A stretch of 63,944 nucleotides of DNA, filler included, from Thraustochytrium aureum (taxonomy: Eukaryota): the NCBI GenBank assembly GCA_012862495.1. It is 8 parts of 4 records of this genome, joined end to end, with 100 filler letters (N's around TTAATTAATTAA, not from the genome) between each part and the next. Parts side by side here need not be neighbours in the genome. Positions count along the whole stretch, not along the records: positions 44,097 to 57,604 come from BLSG01000332.1; positions 57,705 to 61,121 come from BLSG01000335.1; positions 61,222 to 62,772 come from BLSG01000337.1; positions 62,873 to 63,944 come from BLSG01000385.1; 4 more parts are not named here. One strand, 5' to 3'. The position numbers were made by a program, and so were the translations under genes. The notes under the pieces are model-generated. The model was not told the DNA's origin. It did no database searches and saw only the letters and a program-made list of their open reading frames with translations. The first letter of the stretch is position 1, and every line of letters starts with the position of its first letter. Shown one piece after another: positions 56,614 to 63,944 of the stretch.

Positions 56614-57604
56614 ATGATGATGAACGCGAGGCGCTCGCTGGGAAACAGGGCGAAGAACCTGTTCAATAACGTGGCTGGCCCTGTGCTCAAGACGCGCGTG
56701 CAGAACGTGTCGGTGCCGCCGCCGCTCAAGAGCTCGCTGGCAGCCCTGAATATGGACGCCTCGATCTTCGTGGCCACGTGGGACCTGCGCGGCAAGCCGC
56801 TGGCCGAGGCCAAGGACCCGGCCAACGTGCTGCCGCGAGGGTTTGACATTTACGTCATTGGCGTGCAGAACTGCGCCTCCCTCACCGACCTGGCCGACGA
56901 GTGCCAGAAGCTCCTGCACAACCACGGGGCCTACAAGGAGTTTTCGCACCTCATGAGCGGCGACTCCACGCTCAAGACATCCCTGGCCTTGCTCGTCTTC
57001 GCTCGCGAGGAGCTCGTCGCCGAGGGCCACCTGGAAATGAACCGCGTGGACTGCGTGCGCGACAGACGCCTGTCTGCGCTGCCCTTCTTGCTCACCCCGG
57101 GCGACATCACCCTCTCCACCGCCAAGAGCCACAAGTCGCTCAAAGACTTTGACGCCAATGGGGGCGCCGTGACCATGCGCTTCGCCTTTTACGAAACCAA
57201 TGTTTTGCTCATCAACGTCAAGCAAAACTGCATTGGCGAGCTGAACGAGATCCTTGCCCGCGCCGAGCCGGAAAGGCACTCGCACGTCATCATGTTCGGC
57301 GACTTTGGCGAGGACGTCATCGAAAACACCGAGGAGCTCGACCACCGCCTCTTCCTGGAGGAATTCAACGGGATCCCCAGCCAGTTCCAAAATTCGCGCG
57401 CGCTTGTCGTCACGCGATCGCAGGACAAGACTTTGAAAAAGTACCTCAAGGCTAACGTGCACGGCCACTACGACCTCATGCCAAAGGAGCTCCCGGCCGC
57501 CTTTTCCACCTTTCGGCTGCACGGCGGGGCCGGGTCGAAGCCCCGCGCGGCAGCCCGCCAGAGCGTGGCCCGTTCTGGGGCCGCGGACGGCGCCGCAAAC
57601 GCGC
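56614..57604 (+). CDS. Degenerate inositol polyphosphate 5-phosphatase-like protein; 3' end at spacer
   Basis: IFVATWD, DIYVIGVQN, LLVFAR, GGAVTMRF, HVIMFGDFG align in order with IPPc motifs (FVGTWN, DIYVIGLQE, KGAV.IRF, WFGDLN). Confidence 0.7.
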
Positions 57605-57704
57605 NNNNNNNNNNNNNNNNNNNNNNNNNNNNNNNNNNNNNNNNNNNNTTAATTAATTAANNNNNNNNNNNNNNNNNNNNNNNNNNNNNNNNNNNNNNNN
57701 NNNN
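57605..57704. other. Artificial 100-bp assembly spacer
   Basis: 44N-TTAATTAATTAA-44N. Confidence 0.97.
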
Positions 57705-58673
57705 GTGGGGAGCGAGGCGTGCAACGGGCTCGGGGCACTCGACGGCGGAGCCTTGTTTGACGTGTCCCACGGCGCGAGGCACCGCACCGCGGAGGAGTGC
57801 CTGGAGCCTTGGAGGTACATTTGCAAGACTCCTGGCAAGAACGTGCGGTCGATGATGATCGACTGCTTCCAACGATGGCTGTGCATCCCAGAAGAGCGGA
57901 TTCCGCTCATCAAGCAGATTGTGGGCTTTTTGCACAACGCGTCCCTACTCATTGATGACATCGAGGACGACTCCAAGCTGCGGCGCGGGGAGCCCGTGGC
58001 GCACATGGTGTACGGCGTGCCGCAGACCCTCAACTGCGCCAACTATGTGTACTTTTTGGCGATGGAGAAGTGCCTCGCGCTGCAGTCAGCGCGCGCATTG
58101 CAACTGTTCACGACGGAGCTGCTCAACCTGCATCGTGGGCAGGGTCGGGAGCTGTTTTGGCGAGACTCTGGCCGCTGCCCGGAAGAGTCCGAGTATGTCT
58201 CCATGGTCAAGGACAAGACTGGCGGGCTGTTCCGCCTCGGCGTGGGCCTCATGCAGTGCTTCAGCGAGTCCGAGACGGACTTCACGCGGCTCGTGGACCT
58301 ACTCGCGGTTTACTTTCAAGTGCGCGACGACTTGATTAATCTTGCAAGCAAAGAATACCAGCGCAACAAGAGCTTTTGCGAGGACCTCTCTGAGGGCAAG
58401 TTCTCGTTCCCGGTGATCCACGGGATCCGCAACTCGGCTCGAGGCGACACGCGCGTCGCTGCTATCCTGAAACAGCGCACAGAGAACAGGGACCTCAAAC
58501 TCAGCGTGGTCACCTTCTTACGGGAGGAGACGCGCTCGTTCAAGTACACCAAGGACTACCTTGACGTGCTTTTCGGTGAGATCCGGGAGGAGGTGGATGC
58601 TGTCGGAGGGTCCGCAGAGCTCATGCTTCTCATGGAGAGGCTGCGGCGGGAAGTGGACGAGTGCGAGGTGTAG
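57705..58673 (+). CDS. GGPS1: Geranylgeranyl diphosphate synthase (type III); start missing
   Basis: PGKNVR, LHNASLLIDDIEDDSKLRRG (FARM), LHRGQG, KTGGLFRL, QVRDD, FCEDLSEGKFSFP. Confidence 0.96.
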   Translation: MGSEACNGLGALDGGALFDVSHGARHRTAEECLEPWRYICKTPGKNVRSMMIDCFQRWLCIPEERIPLIKQIVGFLHNASLLIDDIEDDSKLRRGEPVAHMVYGVPQTLNCANYVYFLAMEKCLALQSARALQLFTTELLNLHRGQGRELFWRDSGRCPEESEYVSMVKDKTGGLFRLGVGLMQCFSESETDFTRLVDLLAVYFQVRDDLINLASKEYQRNKSFCEDLSEGKFSFPVIHGIRNSARGDTRVAAILKQRTENRDLKLSVVTFLREETRSFKYTKDYLDVLFGEIREEVDAVGGSAELMLLMERLRREVDECEV

Positions 58674-58857
58674 AGATTTGCTGTGCGCGCTCGTCGTTGC
58701 GGCGCACTGCGGCCAGAGCGAGCTGGCTACTCCGCGGTATTAGTAGGGAGGGAGATGGCGGCACTCGGTCGCCCAGGAGAACAAAGTTGAAAATTCCTCA
58801 GAAAGTCTCATCAGCCAGAAACCAGAAACAGACCTTGCCGCCCGTCGAACGAGGAGC

Positions 58858-60676
58858 TCAAACCCGGGCTTCCTGGTACGAAACTACGCGCTCTTGACCG
58901 TCCTCGTATGGTTCGCGACGCGGCGGAGGTGGCGGGGGCGGGGGCGCGGAAACGCTACTGGAAGCAAATGCGCTAGCCCCACCTGGTGGCAAGGGAGCAC
59001 CTCCATGCTGCGGTCGAGGCGGAGGGCGCTGGCCAGGTCGATGCACTTCCGAGGCTCGAGGTGGGGGCGGCGGCGGCGGGGGCGCGCTCGAAAGGTTCGA
59101 GCGTGAAAAACGATGGAGTGGTGCTCGATCATGGTCTCCACGACCCGGTTGGCGTTCTTGACCATCGTCACCATGGCTAGGTCTGCTGCAGCATAGTTGA
59201 CGTCAAGGCGCACCAGCAGCGGGCCCCAAGTGTACGCTAGCATGGCTTTGCCAACGCCAGCGTCGTGAAGCATCCCGCACAAAGCATCGAGCACCCTGTA
59301 GCTCGTCGGATCGAGCGAGCCCATCAATGGAGCTACTTGCTGCGCAGCTGCTGGGCAGCTCCCGCCCGCCGCAGCCCGGATCAGCGCTGCGTTCAAGTTG
59401 GACGGCACGATGGGAAAAGGGAGGCCCTTAAAGTAGAGCTTTAGCGCATGCGCAACAGCCGGCATGGCAATCCCATCCAGAGTGTCGCAGACCGCCTCAC
59501 CCGTCGGGGCCCCCAGTACGTCCTCTAAGACCTGCTTGCTTGGCGCGTCGGGCACGGTCTCGCGAAACAGCTGCGGGTCGTGAACAGCACCGCTGGCGTG
59601 AATGTACTCGATTAGGCCGAGGACGCCGCCAGAGCGAACCCGAGATCTGTCCACATCCCGCAGTTCCGTGGCGGGCGGAACCTGCACCTTGTACGAGCTT
59701 CGCTTGGCAGAAAGGACGCGGGGTTTGGTGATCGGGGCCGGGTGCGACAGCCCGCTCACTGGCGCGCCCTGGCCGAAAGGAATAGCTCCGTGGTGCGGCG
59801 GCCCTGTCGGCGCGTCGCCNNNNNNNNNNNNNNNNNNNNNNNNNNNNNNNNNNNNNNNNNNNNNNNNNNNNNNNNNNNNNNNNNNNNNNNNNNNNNNNNN
59901 NNNNNNNNNNNNNNNNNNNNNNNNNNNNNNNNNNNNNNNNNNNNNNNNNNNNNNNNNNNNNNNNNNNNNNNNNNNNNNNNNNNNNNNNNNNNNNNNNNNN
60001 NCCAGCTGCGCGACAGGGGCTGGCGGCGGCGGCGGCGGCGGAATTGTGCCTCCCTGTGGGTGCCCTGCTTGATGCGAAGGCGCTGTCGTCGACCTAGCCG
60101 CATTCTTCTGCTTGAGCTCCTCGCGCCAGTCAACCGGAGCAATGGGCTTCTGCGTCGCCGCTGGACGGGTTGCATTTGGCGGCGGCGGTGGCTGACGAGG
60201 CTGGGCAGCGGCGGAGGGCGGCGGTGGGGGCGGCGGAGGCGGGAGATGCACGTTTGAGGCTTCACCGTGCCCAGGTGCGGCAGGAGGCCCTGGAGCGTTG
60301 CCGCTGTTTGCTGCGGCAGCCTTGGCCGCATTTTTGCGCTTCAGCTCCTCCCGCCAGTCGAGGCCCGCCGAAGCAGACGGAGGGGCTTGTGGAGTGTTGT
60401 ATCCCGCTGGTTTCGGGGCCTGCGGAGCTTTGGGTGGCGCCCCCGAACCTTGGCCGCGGCTTCTCTCTGCGTTGCGTCGTTGGAGCTCCGCCATTAGCCC
60501 ACCGCCTCCGGCGGGCGGCGGGGGAGCTCCAAGGCCATTGCGCGACGGCCCTGGGCTGGCGCACTTGCGCCAGCTGAGCCAGGGGCGGCTACTTGCGAGC
60601 GGTCGCGCTTTTCCGCGCTGCTGACCTTTTTGAGCTGCTTGCCCTTCTGGATATCCGCAAGAAAGTTGGCCTGCAT
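58858..60676 (-). CDS. WH2 / poly-proline / RhoGAP-like protein; indels near 60560 and 59090; gap 59820-60001
   Basis: N-terminal MQANFLADIQKGKQLKKV..DRS (WIP-type WH2); poly-Pro runs; QLFRE, VAHALKLYFKGLPFPIVP, LAYTWGPLLVR, VVETMIEHHSIVF (RhoGAP). Confidence 0.8.
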
Positions 60677-61121
60677 CGTCAGTCCTGCGGCGCAGCCCGC
60701 CAGGCGTAGAGCACCTTCCAATCACCAAGCCTCCGCACAGCCGCTGGGCCTGAATCGCAAGCCCCAGCGAACGCAGAGCGAGCAAGCACTTGGCGGCGGG
60801 CTCTGGGCTGCTCACCTTCCCACCAGGTGCCGGCCCTCCAGCGGACGGCCTCCCAAACGACCTCCCGCGCCTCCTGGCAGCTCGGGCCAGCACAGGCGCT
60901 CGCGGCCAGCAACGCCTTTGCAGGTCAGGCTCGGTCCCGGGCAGCCAGCGCCGCGAAGTCGATCAGTCTCTGGGCGGGCTGAACAGCAAGCAGTGCACCT
61001 CCGCTGGCCTGACGGTTAGCACACGAGGAGAAGACCGAGCAAGGCAGAGCCCGAACGACGGAGGACACGCGCGCTTCGGGCGCGTTGAGCGCGCGGCGGC
61101 CGGCGGCGCAGGCGGGCGGGC

Positions 61122-61221
61122 NNNNNNNNNNNNNNNNNNNNNNNNNNNNNNNNNNNNNNNNNNNNTTAATTAATTAANNNNNNNNNNNNNNNNNNNNNNN
61201 NNNNNNNNNNNNNNNNNNNNN
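61122..61221. other. Artificial 100-bp assembly spacer
   Basis: 44N-TTAATTAATTAA-44N. Confidence 0.97.
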
Positions 61222-61778
61222 CGGTGTCGCGGGTTGCAAGCGCGAGGGCCTCACGCTTGGATGCAGGTGACCGCAGCCTTTGGTGCCTTGGCAAGTTGGC
61301 ATGCGAGGCGAGCGCCGATGGCCTGTGCTTGTGCATGCCGGACGTGCACACCATCCATCAACTTGATGTGCCCCACTGCAGTTTTCGACATCAGTGGGTG
61401 CTTCGAGCGCGCGCGGCAGAGGCGTGCTCGCCTCCCCGCCTGCCATCATGGGCCACCGTCGCACTGGCAGGCTGGCTGCATCACGACGAACACGAGCGCT
61501 GCCCCATTCATCGCCGCAGAGCCGACAGGCGCCACTAGCAGCAAGGGGGATCAGCCAGCGAGTGATCATGGGAGTTCACTTGCAGGCTCGCCTGCGTCTC
61601 CATCAACTTGGACGATCAGAATCAGCCTGAGGTCTGTGAGCCGCGTATCATTGCGAGCTCGCAATCCAGGAGCTTGTTGGGCACGAAGCGAGCGGCGGCG
61701 CAGAGGGCGACGACGACAAGGGATACTCTTTAGCGGAAGCTTGCGTGGTCGCGAGCGCGCCAGCGAGAGGCGGACGCG

Positions 61779-62772
61779 ATGGCGGCACATGGCGCGGTGG
61801 TGGCCGGCCTGGCCGAGGTCGCCGACGAGCCCGAGTTCGTTGTGCGAGCGCTGGAGCCGGAGGAGGCGAAGCATGTGCCCATCGCGCCGGGGAGCACGGG
61901 CAAGCCGCTGATTGGGGAGACGGTCGCGTTCACCAAAGGGCCGCTCGAGTTTTTCCGCGAACGCCACAGCAAGTACGGAGCGGTGTACTCGACGCACATC
62001 CTGTTCAAACCGACCGTGGCGATCGCCGACCCCCGCGCATTCAAGCCGCTGTTGCTCAAGGAGGGCAACTGGGTCCAGTCGCAGTGGCCCGCGCCGACGC
62101 GGTATTTGCTGGGCAACGGCGCACTCACTGTGCAACAAGGCGAGGTGCACAAAACGCAGCGCAAGTTTATGCACGACGCTGCCCTCGGGCCAACCCAAGT
62201 AGAGGGCCAGTTCGAAGCCTTCGCTCGCGCCTCGGAGCGTCACTTGGCGCGCTGGTTTGCGGACTCTGAGGAGTCCCCGTTTCTGGCCATGCACTCGCGC
62301 GTCAAGCACTACACGTTTGACATGGCCTGCGAGGTCGTCCTTGGCGAGAGCTTGCCGGACAAGGAGGTGGACCGGCTGATTGGTCACTTCGTGAACTTTG
62401 TCGAGGGCTTCTTTTCTTTGCCCATCCCGCTGCCCGGGTTTGCCTTCTACAAGGCCATCCAGGGCCGCGGGCCATCCAGGCGACCATCCAGCTCAAAGTC
62501 GACGAGCTCAAGGCGCGGATCGCTCAGGAGGAAGCGCCGCCTGCCTCACTCGATGGGGCATGTATCCTCGAGCGTCTCATTCGTACCAAGGACGAGAACG
62601 GCGACCCCGCCTTTGACGACAAGGCGCTCTTGGACCAGTCGCTCGTTCTGTTATTCGCTGGGCACGATACCACTGCGTCAACGACGACGGCCCTTCTCCT
62701 GCTCATCCCGTACAAGGCAGGCCTTATGGATCGCCTCCGCGACGAGCAGCGCGCGGTCATTGCTGACAAAGG
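61779..62772 (+). CDS. Cytochrome P450 (CYP120/CYP26/85-clan-like), N-terminal two thirds; indel near 62465
   Basis: PGSTGKPLIGET..F, FFRERHSKYG.VY, HKTQRK, I-helix LFAGHDTTAS; heme Cys motif lost in the spacer. Confidence 0.9.
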
Positions 62773-62872
62773 NNNNNNNNNNNNNNNNNNNNNNNNNNNN
62801 NNNNNNNNNNNNNNNNTTAATTAATTAANNNNNNNNNNNNNNNNNNNNNNNNNNNNNNNNNNNNNNNNNNNN
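62773..62872. other. Artificial 100-bp assembly spacer
   Basis: 44N-TTAATTAATTAA-44N. Confidence 0.97.
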
Positions 62873-63532
62873 ATGCTGCTGCTTTAATGAACTGGGAAGC
62901 ACTGGCAGTGAATGCAAACCAGTCGGTGGTGCTAACAAGGCGCGGGAGAAGGCGGCGCCCCTTTGGCGGAGCGGGGACGGGTTGCATGTGCAGGGCCAGT
63001 GGCGTTGAATTCGGCAGCCGCTCGTTTTCAATTGATCAACGCAAACACTACCCCGGTAGAGAGGCCCTCTACGCTATCTGCTGAATGGATGGAGAAAGGA
63101 GGAATGGTCGATGCGCAGGGCGCCCGCGCTCGGCCTGATTTGAATAGCCGCAAGCCCAGTTTCATCGTCAGAGGCAGATTTGCACAGATTTCGTAACTGC
63201 GCCACCGAGCGCAAGAAACCACAGCGGCGTGGCGCGAGCGCTGTCTGACTGCGCTGACACGGACGAGTTCCTTCTGAGGCGCGAGCGGACTCGGCACAAT
63301 CAGGCACAACATCGCAGCCACGAGCCGGTGTTACTGCTTCATTTTGCAAGGCAAACAAGGCGCCCTGCGTCCAAGAATACGCAGAGCAGAGACGAGATCC
63401 CCAGAGCAATGGCGAGCGGCCAGAGCGTCAATCCATCTCCGACCAAACCGGTTCGGTCTCTGCTCATGACAAGGTTGTTTTCATTTGAATTGGGTTCTCT
63501 GCAACGCTATTCCTCCGCTCGAGAGCACCGAA

Positions 63533-63835
63533 TCAAAAGCTAAAGATACCCTTCCGCACGATCAAAGTGCTCTTCGGGTAGATGATCTGGTTGACGCGGT
63601 GCGTCTGCAGGAAAAGGGCGGGCGTGATCAAACTCTCTACAGAAGGCCTCACCTGAGTCGGCTTCAGCACCTTGGTCATCAACGGCACGGCCTTGACCAC
63701 CGAGTCGCCCTTCAGCACGCTCGGAAACCCATGCGCGCCGACCGCCGCGCGCACCGCCTTCTTCACCGACCTCGTCGGCCCCGCAAACACCGTCAGCAGG
63801 AACGGCCTGCTCACGATCAACCCGTGTCCGCTCAT
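63533..63835 (-). CDS. Small basic hypothetical protein (100 aa)
   Basis: ATG-initiated ORF with GC3-rich codons; no motif recognised. Confidence 0.45.
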   Translation of the reverse strand: MSGHGLIVSRPFLLTVFAGPTRSVKKAVRAAVGAHGFPSVLKGDSVVKAVPLMTKVLKPTQVRPSVESLITPALFLQTHRVNQIIYPKSTLIVRKGIFSF

Positions 63836-63944
63836 CTCGCCAGCTGCCTCCCTGTCCCGTCAGCGACGCTCTCGAGCCACCGCCCCGCCCGCCGCAGCCA
63901 AGCAGCCACGCAAGCCCTCAAGCGCGCAGCCGCAGCAGCCGCAG

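Noticed and set aside
9100..62470. Frequent frameshifts as programmed frameshifting, RNA editing or mass pseudogenisation
   Set aside because: They are scattered, several fall in homopolymer runs, no shared slippery motif is seen, and the duplicated contig end at 52011-52341 shows indel errors directly.
4357..62772. Heme/oxygen-themed gene cluster (kinase, FLVCR-like MFS, JmjC, P450)
   Set aside because: The genes are tens of kb apart, interleaved with unrelated housekeeping genes and unsized spacers; consistent with random eukaryotic gene order.
22283..62872. Seven TTAATTAATTAA elements as a biological repeat (e.g. piggyBac TTAA sites or IES boundaries)
   Set aside because: Each is centred in exactly 44N+44N (100 bp total) and gives six-frame stops: a pipeline spacer.

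Overview
GC-rich, gene-dense, intron-poor eukaryotic draft scaffold. A heterotrophic stramenopile such as a labyrinthulomycete is my inference, based on PT(A/S)PT linkers, sparse GT-AG introns and gene content. The assembly is rough: many N gaps, seven identical 100-bp spacers (44N-TTAATTAATTAA-44N) and frequent single-base indels that split genes across frames. About 28 protein genes can be supported. Housekeeping and transport genes: ILV3, GGPS1, SmG, a YHM2-type mitochondrial carrier, an FLVCR-like MFS, a PDR/ABCG transporter, a TTL-family ligase, an NT5DC-like HAD, a JmjC protein with a resolvable 200-nt intron, a CYP fragment and a Csm1-like monopolin subunit. The strongest candidate for a new system is a cytosolic hybrid histidine kinase with about 8 PAS domains, three of them tandem FixL-type heme-PAS repeats that each keep the proximal His and distal Arg (a putative multi-heme O2 sensor). 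Other unusual architectures are a DC1/C1-zinc-finger-ABCB fusion with a degenerate ABC signature, a WH2/poly-Pro/RhoGAP protein, a possible RhoGAP-DH-DH-PH protein and an inositol 5-phosphatase-like pseudoenzyme. Short motifs show positional bias: (CTAG)n at gene 3' ends, sense (CAGG)n at 5' ends, and an AATCGATT cluster. No rRNA, tRNA, CRISPR array or transposase was recognised.
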